In this document: piece after piece, positions 36,196-46,717 of the stretch | Position numbering within the stretch: position 1 is the first letter of the stretch | Layout: every line of letters begins with the position of its first letter | IMG/VR virus record: IMGVR_UViG_3300044822_000131 | Span: 1-54,728 of that record | DNA length: 54,728 nucleotides | Source of the DNA: a virus | Lineage: Duplodnaviria; Caudoviricetes | Reading direction: 5' to 3' (one strand) | Notes under the pieces: model-generated | The model's database searches: none | Told to the model about the DNA's origin: nothing | What the model saw: the letters and a program-made list of their open reading frames with translations, nothing else | Position numbers and translations under genes: made by a program

Positions 36196-37310
36196 ACCTC
36201 GGGCAAATCGCCGCGCGTGCTCGCCGATTGAAGGGCTCGCCGACGACGACGCGGTGGTCCGCCTCGGACCTGGCAGCGTTCGCCAACGACGCCCAAATCG
36301 CGACGGCCTTGAAGGTCGACATCCTCTCGGCGACGCTCCTGATCCCGACGCTTACGCAGCCGGCGGTGCCGGTGCTCACGGTCGAAGGGACTCCCGGCAG
36401 CACGACGATCAACTACGCCCTGGTCATCATCGCGACCACAGGCGCGGGCGACTCCATCCCCTCAACGACCGCCCAGGTGCAGAACGCGCCGGCCGTCCTC
36501 TCGAACGCGAACTACGTCCAGCTCGCCCTAGCAACCATTCCCGGCCGCGTGTACCGGGTGCTGCGCCAAATCGTCGGGACCGACTTCTTCCCGCAGCTCC
36601 TCACCCAATTCGTAGCGGCCGGCACGACGACGACCTTCAACGACCAGGGGCAATTCACGCCGATTCCCTACAAGATCAGCCGCGGCAACGAGTACGGCCT
36701 CCCCGACCTCGTCAAAGTTAAGCGCGTCTACATGCTCGACGTCGCGGGCGACCAACAGGAGCTCTACCCGACCGAGATCGCGTGGCTCGGCGGCGACACG
36801 AACGAGACCTTCGACCACAGCTCGGGCACGGTCCAGGGGCTGCCGCAGTTCACCCCGCAGTGGATCGCGCAGGGCCCCGTTCCCTACCCGGTGCAGGTGG
36901 CCGGCAACGGCCGCGTGCCGGTCACGACCCCGTGGCGGAACGTACCCCTTATGGGGAATAACCAGGGTCCGGCGTACTACCTGAATTACGGGATGCTCGG
37001 CGTCTTGCCGCCGACGATCGCGGGCGCGGGCAATCAGATTCAGGTCGACCTCATTCCGAAGCCGCCGATCATGCAGCAGTTCACCGACCTCTCGGCGTTC
37101 CCGGACGGCTTCTGCGACTGCCTGGCCTGGAAGATGCTCTCGTACATGGAGATCGGCGACGACACCACCCGCGACGTCGACTTCGAGGCGCGCTGGGAGC
37201 GCGCGTGCGCCGAGCTCCGCATCGAATACGTCGACAACATCCAGGGCAATAAGCCGCACGGGCTGATTCCAATGCCGCTTCGCGCGCAAATGCGGGAGTG
37301 GACCTGCTGA
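36192..37310 (+). CDS. Head-tail adaptor-like protein with an inserted domain
   Basis: MNLGQIAARARRL...RWSASDLAAFANDAQ; FPDGFCDCLAW near the C-terminus. Confidence 0.7.
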   Translation: MNLGQIAARARRLKGSPTTTRWSASDLAAFANDAQIATALKVDILSATLLIPTLTQPAVPVLTVEGTPGSTTINYALVIIATTGAGDSIPSTTAQVQNAPAVLSNANYVQLALATIPGRVYRVLRQIVGTDFFPQLLTQFVAAGTTTTFNDQGQFTPIPYKISRGNEYGLPDLVKVKRVYMLDVAGDQQELYPTEIAWLGGDTNETFDHSSGTVQGLPQFTPQWIAQGPVPYPVQVAGNGRVPVTTPWRNVPLMGNNQGPAYYLNYGMLGVLPPTIAGAGNQIQVDLIPKPPIMQQFTDLSAFPDGFCDCLAWKMLSYMEIGDDTTRDVDFEARWERACAELRIEYVDNIQGNKPHGLIPMPLRAQMREWTC

Positions 37311-38737
37311 TGTATTTTTGGCCCTTCCAGCAGAACCCGCTTGGACTCATCCCGCAGACGATCAACTACGACCTCGTCGTCGAGGAACCGTACCCCGGAG
37401 TCTGCTTCTACCCGCAGGTGGCGGGCGCGGTCTACTCCGAGCTGCGCGTCGTCAACGCCGCGTGTTGGTGGGTCATCAACGCGATGTGGGATCCAAACAC
37501 GCTGCAGTGGGAGCAGAACCCGCCCTGCAACTCGGCGCTGCCCGCCTACGCGCTGATCCAGGACCTGTCGTCGGGCGCGTTCCGGCGGGCCGTCGCGCCG
37601 GCCACCGACGCGATCAACACGGCGGTGGTGTGGACCTACGTCTTGTCGTCCGACCAGTACGGCGACGTCAACATCTCGCCGCTCACGCTCACCGGCTCGA
37701 GCGAGGTTGCCGAGAACCTCGCGCCGACTTGGAACGCGGGCGGGGCGATCATGGTCGCGCGGCAAGAGCTCGTCACCGACACGGCCTCGAACGCGGCCTC
37801 GGCGCTCGACAAGCTCACCGTCAACGGGACCACGGTATGGGAAGTCCGCAAGGACGGCACGCTCGTCATCGGCATCGTCCCGACCTCGGCTATCTCCGGC
37901 GGCATCGTGAGCTCGATCGTCGCGGGGACCGGGATCCTCGTCACCAACGTGGGCTCGGTCTACACCGTCGGCCTCGCGCACGGCGACTACGTCGACCTCG
38001 GCAACGCGCAGACGATCACGGGCTCAAAGACGTTCACGCAGCCGCTGCTCTACAGCGACGGTTCGTTCAGTGGCAATATCGGCGGCGCGGTCTACATGGC
38101 CTACGGGGCCTACCACACGGGCACAACCTGGGTGGCGCTCGAGACCTCGGCTTCGATTGTCTATGCGACGCCGACCGGCTTCTCGTTCTACGTGAACATG
38201 GGCCTCACGATCGGCAACACGTTCATCCCGACGGGCGTGCTCACCATCAACTCGTCGGGGAGCATCTCGACCAACGGCAACCTTCAGGCCGCGGGCGGCG
38301 TCTTCACCGCCAACGTGGTCGTCGACGGGAACCTCACCGTTGACGGGACGCTCACCGCTTCCGCCGGCATCGTCAATTCGATCGACGGGCTCTCGGGGGT
38401 GGTGGGGCTCACCTCACCCGACAGCTCCATCGGCATCACGACGGCGGGCAACACCATCCAGCTTTCGTGGTCCCCGACCCTGCGCGCCTACGGCGGGCAC
38501 GGCACGACCAACTCCGGGGGGATGTTCGCGGTGACGGTTCCGTATGTGGTTCTCGGTGCGTCGGCGAACGTCGGGCAGACCTACCCCGGCACGGCGTCGT
38601 ACCAGGTCGACATCGACCAGGCGAGCTCCAACTTCGCGCTCGGTTACGTGTCGTTCTACGGCATCTCGGGCTCGTCGCTCGCTGGAAGCGGCCTTGGCAT
38701 CTACTACACGATCGTAACCTCCAACACGCTTGCATAG
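37310..38737 (+). CDS. Tail fibre/spike-like protein
   Basis: IVAGTGI, AQTITGSKTF, GNLTVDGTL, VNSIDGLSGVVGL fibre motifs. Confidence 0.75.
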   Translation: MYFWPFQQNPLGLIPQTINYDLVVEEPYPGVCFYPQVAGAVYSELRVVNAACWWVINAMWDPNTLQWEQNPPCNSALPAYALIQDLSSGAFRRAVAPATDAINTAVVWTYVLSSDQYGDVNISPLTLTGSSEVAENLAPTWNAGGAIMVARQELVTDTASNAASALDKLTVNGTTVWEVRKDGTLVIGIVPTSAISGGIVSSIVAGTGILVTNVGSVYTVGLAHGDYVDLGNAQTITGSKTFTQPLLYSDGSFSGNIGGAVYMAYGAYHTGTTWVALETSASIVYATPTGFSFYVNMGLTIGNTFIPTGVLTINSSGSISTNGNLQAAGGVFTANVVVDGNLTVDGTLTASAGIVNSIDGLSGVVGLTSPDSSIGITTAGNTIQLSWSPTLRAYGGHGTTNSGGMFAVTVPYVVLGASANVGQTYPGTASYQVDIDQASSNFALGYVSFYGISGSSLAGSGLGIYYTIVTSNTLA

Positions 38738-38745
38738 GGAGAACT

Positions 38746-38952
38746 ATGACCGACGGAACGCTTACGCTCGCATGCACGATCCCCGCATCAAGCCCGCTTG
38801 GGAAAGCGCTTGCCGCGGGGGGCGAGGCCGGCACCCTCGAGCTCGAGCAAGTGACGCTTGCGGGCGTCATCAAACGGCCGGGCAATAACGTCCACTTCGC
38901 GTTGCCGGTGGTGGCGAAGATCGCGGGCTTGGTGCTGCCGAAAGGCGACTGA
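38746..38952 (+). CDS. Small hypothetical protein
   Basis: GGGAG RBS, ATG 38746. Confidence 0.55.
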   Translation: MTDGTLTLACTIPASSPLGKALAAGGEAGTLELEQVTLAGVIKRPGNNVHFALPVVAKIAGLVLPKGD

Positions 38953-40880
38953 TGCCGCGTCGCTCGCAGCTTGCTAACGACTTTTACACCGAGATGCTCG
39001 CGGTCGGCCCGTTCGGCGGCGTCGACCCCACCACGAGCCCGTTTCAAGTTGCACCGCAGAACCTCGTCGCCATCCACAACCTCATCCCGAACGTCCAATA
39101 CGGCGGCTACGCGACGGTACCCGGCCGCATCGCCGCCCTCGCTACGAATCTCCCAAGCACCCCGACCGGCATCGGCAAGATGCAGCGCGCGGGGCAGCCC
39201 GACGTCTACTTCTTCGCCGTCACCTCGGGCGGCGTCGGAGCGATCTACTACGCTCCGATCGGTGGCACGCCCGTTCAACTAGCGCTCCCGCATGCGCTCA
39301 CGCCCGGCCTCTTGACGTACTTCGTCCCGAACCGTTCGTGGCTGTTCGTATCGAACGGGACCGACACGCCGATCAAAATCGACACCACCCTCAAGGCGAC
39401 GCTGTGGGGCATCGTCGCGCCGACGCCGGCCCCGACCCTGGCGCTCTCGGGCCCAGGCCCCTTGCTCGGGGTCTACTACTACTGCGAGACCTTTAGCAAC
39501 AGTGTGCAGGAGTCGGGTCAAGGCGCGATCTCGCAGCCGATCACCGCGAACGGCAACTCTATCACGGTGAGCTTGACCGCGACGACCACCGACCCCCAGG
39601 TCACGACGCGCAACCTCTACCGGCTCGGCGGGGCGAACGGCGAGTTCCAGCTCATCAACTCGCAGCCGGTCGGCGACCTCGCGCCGTTCCTGGACGTTAT
39701 CGCGGACACCGCCGTCACCGGGCAGTCGCTCACGATCTTCCGCGACCCGCCGCCGGCCTGGACCGCCATCGCCGAGTACCAGGACCGCGTCTTCGGGTTC
39801 GGCACCACCGCGGACCCGACGCTCGTCGGGTGGTCGAACTACAACGAGCCCTGGGGGTTCAACCTCGACACCAACACCCTCGAAGCCGGCCCCAACAGCT
39901 TCAATGACGTCGCGGTCTCGTGCGGGTCGATCGGCTCCATGCTCGTGCTCAACAAGACGCGCCGCACCTACGCCGTAGTCGGCTACTCCGACGACACCTT
40001 CACCGTCATCGAATTGTTCCCGGTCGGCTGCCTCGCGGCGCAGGGTGCGATCTACGTCGACGGCATCGCCGCCTGGCCGTCCAAGCGCGGCATCCAACTC
40101 TGGAATGGCTCGAGCCGGCTCAACATCAGCCGCGGTGCGTTCCAGCAGAGCAACGTCAAGGCGATCCTCGACGGGTACTCGCTCGCCGACCAGTCCGTAT
40201 GCGTCGGCTTCTACTACGACACGCTCCTGTGCTGGAGCTTCCCGACGCAGAACACCACCCTCGTGTTCGACCCCGGCTCGTCGCAGTGGTTCGTGCTCGA
40301 CTTCGCGCTCGGCAGCGTGGTGTACGACCCCGAAAGCTCGGTGCCGGTGGTGGGCTCGAACCTGTCGGTAGCGGGCGACGTCGATCAGTGGTTCGCTTCG
40401 ACGACGGCGGGCGACCTCGGACAGCCGATCGTGGCGTCCGTGACGTCGCGCATCACCGACAACGGGCAGATTCACGCCGACAAGGCGTTCGTCTACTGCT
40501 ACGTCGAGGCTCCGGTCCAAGAGGGCGCGTTCGTCAACGTCTACATCTACGCGAACCCCGGTCCCGGCCAAATCCGGGAGGCGAACTACATCGACCTGGG
40601 TAACGGAGCGCTGCGGCACCGCTGGGAGCTCCGGCTCGGTTTCGAGGGCCAAGAGTTGCAGCTCGTCGCGCAGACGATCTCGCTTGAGCAAGTGAGCATC
40701 CACAAAATCTCGGTGTGGGGCAAGACCGTGCGAGTCCACAAACCCAACACGCTCGACGAGATTCTCCCCTACGCGCTCCGCGCGCCGGTCGTCGTCGTGC
40801 CGTTGCAGACGGTTCCGCCGCTGCCGGAGTCGCCCTACCCCTATGACGGGCCCGCACCGGGCCCGCAGCCGCCGCTCTGA
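38952..40880 (+). CDS. Tail nozzle / packaged DNA stabilisation protein (P22 gp10-like)
   Basis: PFGGVD N-terminus, beta-propeller-type motifs (YQDRVFGF, WSNYNEP, VGCLA). Confidence 0.75.
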   Translation: MPRRSQLANDFYTEMLAVGPFGGVDPTTSPFQVAPQNLVAIHNLIPNVQYGGYATVPGRIAALATNLPSTPTGIGKMQRAGQPDVYFFAVTSGGVGAIYYAPIGGTPVQLALPHALTPGLLTYFVPNRSWLFVSNGTDTPIKIDTTLKATLWGIVAPTPAPTLALSGPGPLLGVYYYCETFSNSVQESGQGAISQPITANGNSITVSLTATTTDPQVTTRNLYRLGGANGEFQLINSQPVGDLAPFLDVIADTAVTGQSLTIFRDPPPAWTAIAEYQDRVFGFGTTADPTLVGWSNYNEPWGFNLDTNTLEAGPNSFNDVAVSCGSIGSMLVLNKTRRTYAVVGYSDDTFTVIELFPVGCLAAQGAIYVDGIAAWPSKRGIQLWNGSSRLNISRGAFQQSNVKAILDGYSLADQSVCVGFYYDTLLCWSFPTQNTTLVFDPGSSQWFVLDFALGSVVYDPESSVPVVGSNLSVAGDVDQWFASTTAGDLGQPIVASVTSRITDNGQIHADKAFVYCYVEAPVQEGAFVNVYIYANPGPGQIREANYIDLGNGALRHRWELRLGFEGQELQLVAQTISLEQVSIHKISVWGKTVRVHKPNTLDEILPYALRAPVVVVPLQTVPPLPESPYPYDGPAPGPQPPL

Positions 40881-41389
40881 TGGCAGTCCCACCAACCCGG
40901 CAACCGCCGCTCACGGGGGCTCCCATCTCACCACTCGCGGGCCAAGGGCTGCGCCGGCTCGTGGTGCTGCCGACGTCGCCCGCCCCCGCGCCGTCGACGA
41001 GCGGCTCGCGGGGGGCAGTCAGCTTCTCCGCATCATGGACGGTCGGGGCCGACGCGCAGCCGTTCACGGTGGCCGCGAATCAGGTCCTCATCGTGCCGTT
41101 CCCGAATCTCCCGTCGCGCTCGACCTTCGCCGGCACGCTGCAGGCGCAGGGCTCGACGCTCTCGCTTACCAACCGCGACACCCTGCACTTCCTCGTCACG
41201 CTGCAGAGCGTGGTGGGCGCAACCCCGCAGGTCGGCCCGCGCGTCCGCACCACCGGCAACGTCATCATCACCTCCGCGATCTTGCCGGGGAGCACGCCCT
41301 ACCGCGGGTTCGCGGGGATCATCACCGGATCTCCCCTCGGTGGCGCGTCGGGGGTGATCTCCGGGACCATCACTGTCATCCGCTCGTGA
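40880..41389 (+). CDS. Probable tail-associated protein
   Basis: TGATG-coupled to the nozzle gene. Confidence 0.55.
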   Translation: MAVPPTRQPPLTGAPISPLAGQGLRRLVVLPTSPAPAPSTSGSRGAVSFSASWTVGADAQPFTVAANQVLIVPFPNLPSRSTFAGTLQAQGSTLSLTNRDTLHFLVTLQSVVGATPQVGPRVRTTGNVIITSAILPGSTPYRGFAGIITGSPLGGASGVISGTITVIRS

Positions 41390-41401
41390 TAGGATAGCCC
41401 C

Positions 41402-41539
41402 ATGAAAGCCTCGCGACTTCCGCCGATGGTGAAGATGCCGGCCCTCCCGAAGCTACTGCCGAAGATGCCGATGCTGCCGTTCATGGGCATGGCGAGCAAG
41501 ATGCAGGGCCCGCAAGGCGCGCTGCGGAGGGGTAAGTAG
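41402..41539 (+). CDS. Small Met/Pro/Lys-rich basic peptide (45 aa)
   Basis: MKASRLPPMVKMPALPKLLPKMPMLPFMGMASKMQGPQGALRRGK; TGaTAGGAT 6 nt upstream; stop overlaps the next GTG. Confidence 0.55.
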   Translation: MKASRLPPMVKMPALPKLLPKMPMLPFMGMASKMQGPQGALRRGK

Positions 41540-42177
41540 TGGCGAACCTGCCCGCTCTTTTGCAAATGATCGCACAGCAGCCCGCACCATCGCCTACGCC
41601 GTCGCCTCAAATGACCGGCGTACCTCAGTTACTATCCACGCCCGCCCCAAAGGCGACTCCCGACATATTTACTCAGGCGAAGACGAAGTGGCCGATTCTC
41701 AACAACCCCGAGCTCGTCTACAAGTACTCACCGAAGGCGGGGTCGGAGAACTACCTTGAGACCTTCCCGCCGGGCGAGCAGGGCGACCCCTCAGAACCGC
41801 GTCCCAAAGACTTTCCGATGGACAAGTACGGCATCCAGGTCTACAAGTCGAACACCGACCCGATTAACGTGCTTGGGGATGCGGTGGTTCATGCGCTGCG
41901 CTTCACCGACCCTACGGTCAAGTCGACCTACAGCCAATTCGAGAAGTCGATCACCCCGCAACAAGAGGCCATACTTCGCAACCAGTACCAGTACTACGTC
42001 GCGCGGGGTGAGAAGCGATCGTATCAGCAGTGGCGCGACACCTCGGGAGTAACGCAACTATTCGGCGGGCGCATCTTCGCCGGCAAGCAAGAAGAACCGT
42101 GGCCGGCGGATTGGTATACCCCGGAGCAGAACAAAATGCTCGAGGGCCTTATGAAGTATCTAAGCAGGGCGAAGTAG
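41539..42177 (+). CDS. Hypothetical protein
   Basis: Pro/Gln-rich leader then a globular domain. Confidence 0.65.
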   Translation: MANLPALLQMIAQQPAPSPTPSPQMTGVPQLLSTPAPKATPDIFTQAKTKWPILNNPELVYKYSPKAGSENYLETFPPGEQGDPSEPRPKDFPMDKYGIQVYKSNTDPINVLGDAVVHALRFTDPTVKSTYSQFEKSITPQQEAILRNQYQYYVARGEKRSYQQWRDTSGVTQLFGGRIFAGKQEEPWPADWYTPEQNKMLEGLMKYLSRAK

Positions 42178-42546
42178 ATGGCCGGGATGCCGCCCCAAAT
42201 GAGCCCTCCGCAGGGCGGCGGCGGGATGCCCCAGCAGGTGCCGACGCCTTCGTCGCTGCCGGTGATCCTCGCGCTCTTACAGCGCGGGATGCCGCAGGGG
42301 CAGGGCAACGGCGCGGCGGCGGGCGCGGGGTCCATGTCGGCGATCTTGCCGCTTCTGATGCAAATGCTGCAACAGCAGGCCGGCGGTGGGGGAGCGCCCG
42401 GCGGTCCCCCCGGCCCGCAGGGGCCACCGCAGCAGGGCCCGCCGCAAGGGCAGCCCCAGGGTCAAATCTCGCCGCAGGTTGCGAGCATCATGCAACTTTT
42501 GATGGCCTTGAAAGGCGGAGCCCCCGGTGGCGCGGCACCCCGGTAA
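42178..42546 (+). CDS. Gly/Pro/Gln/Met-rich low-complexity protein
   Basis: Three short LxxLL helices separated by GPQ-rich linkers. Confidence 0.6.
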   Translation: MAGMPPQMSPPQGGGGMPQQVPTPSSLPVILALLQRGMPQGQGNGAAAGAGSMSAILPLLMQMLQQQAGGGGAPGGPPGPQGPPQQGPPQGQPQGQISPQVASIMQLLMALKGGAPGGAAPR

Positions 42547-42898
42547 GTTCGTCGCGCAAATTGGTCCCGAGCTTGCGCTGCCGCTCGCGCACGCCTATTG
42601 CCGCCACTTCGGCCTCGAGTTCGACCCCGAGGCCGGGGAGCGCATGTTCTTCGTCGGCGCGTTCGTGCGGTCGGGGCTGCGCGCCGTCTGCGGCCTCGCG
42701 TCGCTCGAGGGAGCGTTCCTGGTCTCGGGCATCTTCACGGACGGCTCGCCGTATGCGCCGCTTGGCGCGCGCATGATCGGCCTGCAGCTCGCGAGCATCC
42801 CGTGCGCGCTCGTCGGCACGCTGCACCTCCCGGCCTACGAGATGCGCCGGCTGTTCCGCAAGGACGGCTGGCAACTTACGCAGGGGGTGGTCGCATGA
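42527..42898 (+). CDS. GNAT-fold-like virion assembly protein (P22 gp14/T7 gp13 position)
   Basis: Size, position before the first ejection protein, C-terminal MRRLFRKDGW. Confidence 0.5.
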   Translation: MARHPGKFVAQIGPELALPLAHAYCRHFGLEFDPEAGERMFFVGAFVRSGLRAVCGLASLEGAFLVSGIFTDGSPYAPLGARMIGLQLASIPCALVGTLHLPAYEMRRLFRKDGWQLTQGVVA

Positions 42899-44103
42899 GC
42901 TTCCTCATCCCAGGAATCGGGGCCGGTCTATCCCTCATTAGCGGCCTCATCGGCTCGAACGCGGCCAACCACGAAGATCAGCAGATCCAGCAGCTCCTCA
43001 ATCAGATCTCGAAGCAGCAGCAGGGCGTCCAGGGCAACCTCGAATCCTCGATCGGCGGCATACAGGGCACGGCTGCCGGGTACCTCGGCCTCCTCCCCGG
43101 CCTGCTCAGTTCGTTGCAAAGCGAGAACAAAGGCGTCGGCGCGCAAGCGCCGGGCGCAGCGCTGCAGTTCTTGCAGAACGCCCTCAGCCCAAGCGCGCTC
43201 GCTGGCACCACCGGCATCAACGCGGGCGGCTTGGCGGGCCTCGCCACCAATTACCTCTCCAACCCCGGTGCGACGAACCTCTCCCAAGTCACGCCGGGGC
43301 TCGAATCGTTTTACAAGCAGGAGGAGGCGACCGGGCTCAACCCCCAGGTCCAGCAGAACGCGCAGAACCAGCTCCTGCAGCAGTTCGACTCGTCCCTCGA
43401 CACGCTCGAAGGGCAGGCCGCGCCGGGGCAAAACCTAGCCGGCGCGCAGCAGGCGCTCCAAAACAACCTCCTCACCGCCAGCACGAACCTGGGCGGGCAG
43501 CTCGCGGGCGAATCACAGCAGTACAAGAACATCGGCGCGCAGGGTGTCGCATCGACCGCCGGCGCGCTCGATCAGCAGACGATGTCCATGCTGATGAACG
43601 CCTTTGGCCTGGGCAACCAGTACAACCAAACGGTGCTCGGCAACCAACAGTCGGGGGCCGGGTTCGGTCAGAACATCCTCGATCAGCTCGGCCAAACCGC
43701 CAACGTGGGCAACTCGCTCAACGAGTACGCTTCATCGTCGCTCGGCTCGCTCAACTCGTCGCTCATGAGCCAAGCCGACTACCTCACGGGACTCGGCCAA
43801 AACGCTGCGTCTGCGGCTGGGGCCAACAACCCGTTCTCGGCGCTCGCCAACTCGCTCTCGTTCTTGCCCACAGGCGGAGGGGCGGGCAGCGGCACGGCCA
43901 CGGTCGGAACCGATACGGACGCCGACCTTCCGGCACCCGAGAGCTACGCGCCTGCGGGTTTCTCGTTCAACCCGTCGCTCGCCCAAGTTCCCAGCGCGTC
44001 GCCGGGCAACTACTCCTACACCGGCCCGTACCCGAGCCTCCTAAACAACACGATGAGCGGCATGCCGACCGGACTCTACGGCCTGGGCCAGTACGCGGCG
44101 TGA
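42895..44103 (+). CDS. DNA ejection / internal virion protein (P22 gp7-like)
   Basis: MSFLIPGIGAGLSLISGLIGSNAA N-terminus; Gln/Gly/Ala-rich. Confidence 0.75.
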   Translation: MSFLIPGIGAGLSLISGLIGSNAANHEDQQIQQLLNQISKQQQGVQGNLESSIGGIQGTAAGYLGLLPGLLSSLQSENKGVGAQAPGAALQFLQNALSPSALAGTTGINAGGLAGLATNYLSNPGATNLSQVTPGLESFYKQEEATGLNPQVQQNAQNQLLQQFDSSLDTLEGQAAPGQNLAGAQQALQNNLLTASTNLGGQLAGESQQYKNIGAQGVASTAGALDQQTMSMLMNAFGLGNQYNQTVLGNQQSGAGFGQNILDQLGQTANVGNSLNEYASSSLGSLNSSLMSQADYLTGLGQNAASAAGANNPFSALANSLSFLPTGGGAGSGTATVGTDTDADLPAPESYAPAGFSFNPSLAQVPSASPGNYSYTGPYPSLLNNTMSGMPTGLYGLGQYAA

Positions 44104-45449
44104 CGCGGGTCGCGTATTGGACCGAGGAAGGCGTCACGCTCTCATGGGCGCGGCGCTTACTCGACGAGGGCACCGACGTCCTGGTCTACACCCGCAAGCC
44201 GCACGCGAAGGGCAACGGCGAGGGCATTGTCCCGCGGGCTACGTCGGTTGGGCAGTGGGAGGCGTGGGGCGCGCAGGATCCCAACACGATTTGGTTCTGC
44301 GACTGCACGGACTCGGGCGACTACTTCGACGGGCTCCGTAAGCAGGGCCGGCTCGTGGTCGGCGGCGGCAGCTTCATGGACCGGCTTGAGAACGACCGCG
44401 ACTACGGCCTGCGCTTCTCGGCGCAGAACGGCATCGACGTACCTCCGACCAAGCAATTCGGCTCGGTGCGCGCCGCGGTCGACCACATGCGCTCTACGAC
44501 CGAACAGGCCGTGGGTGACGGCGGCTGGGCGTGGAAGCCGAACCGGAACCTCGGCACGGCCTACTCGCTGTGCGGCGAGCCGGATGAAGTGACCCGAGAC
44601 TGCGAGCGCATGGTCATCCCCAAGTTCGGCGACCGCGTCGCGGCGGTGGTGCAAGAGCGCGTGCCGGGCGTGGCGCTCTCAACGGCGCGGTGGTGGAACG
44701 GCAAGGCGTGGACCGGCCCCTACGAAGGAACGATCGAAGACAAGGCGTTCATGGACGGCGGCATCGGCCCTTCGACGGGCTGCTCGCTCAACACGCTGTG
44801 GTTCTACGAGGACGAATCGCCGAAGATCGCGCAGGCGCTCCGGTTCGAGGAGATGGCGCTCGAGTTTCGAGCGAAGCAGGCCCCGCCCGGCATCTACGAC
44901 ATCAACGCGATCGTCAACGAGCGTGGTGCGTTCGCGCTCGAGTTCACCCCCCGGCTCGGCATCGACGCGGAGCTCGTCAGCCACCGCGCCTTCACCTCGC
45001 TCACCGAGGTCCTCGAACGGCTCGCCACCGGCGGCGACATCGACGACCTGGTGCGGATCGGCACCGCCTACCACGCGGTGCGGGTGTCGGTCATGCCGTA
45101 CCCGTGCGAGGACAAGAAGCTCGCGGACCTCAACATCCCGGTCGGCCTGCCGGTCGGTGGCCTCACCTCGCTGTGGGCCGGCGACTTCGCGTTTGCCGGG
45201 CTGCGCTTCAAAGACAGCCAGTTTGAGATAGCCGACCCCTACGGGTTCGTCGGCACCACCCTCGCGCTCGGGCGCGACGTCCACGCCGCCTACCGCGCTC
45301 TGAAGCGCTCCTGCGAAGCAATCGACGTCCCAGGACTCCAATACCGCACGGACGGGGCCGACGTCGTCGCGGAAAAAGTTGAGGAAATGGCGAAGGCGGG
45401 GTGGCCGACGACGCCGATCCTGCGCCGTGGCCGGAAGGAGGCATCCTGA
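44100..45449 (+). CDS. PurD-like ATP-grasp ligase
   Basis: VVGGG..DRLENDRDYG, GIDVP, WKP, VVQERVPG, EDKAFMDGGIGPSTG, YDINAIV...ALEFTPRLG, LQYRTD. Confidence 0.85.
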   Translation: MTRVAYWTEEGVTLSWARRLLDEGTDVLVYTRKPHAKGNGEGIVPRATSVGQWEAWGAQDPNTIWFCDCTDSGDYFDGLRKQGRLVVGGGSFMDRLENDRDYGLRFSAQNGIDVPPTKQFGSVRAAVDHMRSTTEQAVGDGGWAWKPNRNLGTAYSLCGEPDEVTRDCERMVIPKFGDRVAAVVQERVPGVALSTARWWNGKAWTGPYEGTIEDKAFMDGGIGPSTGCSLNTLWFYEDESPKIAQALRFEEMALEFRAKQAPPGIYDINAIVNERGAFALEFTPRLGIDAELVSHRAFTSLTEVLERLATGGDIDDLVRIGTAYHAVRVSVMPYPCEDKKLADLNIPVGLPVGGLTSLWAGDFAFAGLRFKDSQFEIADPYGFVGTTLALGRDVHAAYRALKRSCEAIDVPGLQYRTDGADVVAEKVEEMAKAGWPTTPILRRGRKEAS

Positions 45450-46717
45450 TGCCCGGTCTCAATCTAGGCGCGCTCATCGCGCCCTACGGGCAGAGCCCGC
45501 TCACCGAATTGACGCAAGCCTTCTCGCAGTTCCCGCAAATGCAGGAGCAGGCGCAGCTCGACAAGCTCGCCGTCCAGGGCCAACAAGATCAGAACAAGAT
45601 CAACAAACAGATCATGGCCCAAAACGACATCGCGGTGAAGCAGCAGCAGTTCCAACTCGACCAGTCGCAGCAGCAGGCCGCGCAGACGAATTGGAACCAA
45701 ATGGGCCAGCAGTTCCTCAACAACCCGCAGTGGGCGATCAACCCGACGCCGGCCATGCGCGCGCGCTTGCAGCAGCTCGGCGACGCGATCGGCGTGTCCC
45801 CGTTCGACGAGAACGGCTCGGTCAACATCAACCTGTGGAAGCAGTCCTGGAACGCGCTCTCGCCCGACGACCAAATGAAGTTTTGGTCGATGCAGCCCGA
45901 TGTGCGCGCGGAGGCGGCGAAGAACCTCAAGGACCTGCCGCCCGACTTCGCCACGCGCCCGCGCGAGCTCGACCCGAAAGTGCAGGCCCAAATCTCCGCC
46001 TACGACGCGGAGGTGACGGAGCGGCTCGCTGCGGCCCGCAAGGACCTCGACCAAGGTGCCGAGTCCAAAGCGCGCATCAACCTCATCGGCAAGCAGACGA
46101 AGAAGGCCGACGCCGACGCGCAGGTGGCGAAGGTGAAGGCGGCGTGGGAGAACCGCTACATGCAGTCGGAGGTCCAGAAGAACATCGCCTCGGCCTCGGC
46201 GTCGTTCTCGAACGCTGCCGCTCGAGCCAAGGAGGCCGACGCTGCGATGCTGCGCGCGTCGCACACGAGCAACGCCGCGACCGGCCAGTCCTATGCCGCG
46301 GCGATCTACCGGAAAGCGCTCGACGACACGACCAAGGCGAAGGCGAGCATGGCAGCCGCCGCGCAGAGCCTCTCGGAACTTGGGCTGAAGCCGCCCTACA
46401 CTTCGGAGCAAATCTCCGCGCTACCCGACCCGACGCAGGAGGCGAAGGCGGTCGCTCTGATCGCCTCCTACAACCAGGCCGCGGCGACCGAGAAGCTCGT
46501 CGATCGGCAGCTCTCGAAGCTCTCCAGCGCCTTGCAGAGCAACTTCACGATCCAGTCCGCGGTGAAGGCGCTCTCGGACAAAGAGAACACCGTCACAAAC
46601 ACCGGCAAGCAGGCCGAGGGCGGCTACGAGATCGGCTCGACCTACGTCAAGGACGGCAAGAATTACAAGTACCTGGGAGGTCCGCTCAACAAAGCGTCGA
46701 GCTGGCAGCAGCAGTAA
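45449..46717 (+). CDS. DNA ejection / internal virion protein
   Basis: Gln/Ala-rich helical protein; GGAGG RBS. Confidence 0.7.
   Translation: MPGLNLGALIAPYGQSPLTELTQAFSQFPQMQEQAQLDKLAVQGQQDQNKINKQIMAQNDIAVKQQQFQLDQSQQQAAQTNWNQMGQQFLNNPQWAINPTPAMRARLQQLGDAIGVSPFDENGSVNINLWKQSWNALSPDDQMKFWSMQPDVRAEAAKNLKDLPPDFATRPRELDPKVQAQISAYDAEVTERLAAARKDLDQGAESKARINLIGKQTKKADADAQVAKVKAAWENRYMQSEVQKNIASASASFSNAAARAKEADAAMLRASHTSNAATGQSYAAAIYRKALDDTTKAKASMAAAAQSLSELGLKPPYTSEQISALPDPTQEAKAVALIASYNQAAATEKLVDRQLSKLSSALQSNFTIQSAVKALSDKENTVTNTGKQAEGGYEIGSTYVKDGKNYKYLGGPLNKASSWQQQ

Noticed and set aside
44100-45449. Calling the ATP-grasp gene purD (auxiliary metabolic gene)
   Set aside because: Substrate motifs diverge and the context is virion ejection genes; gene symbol withheld.
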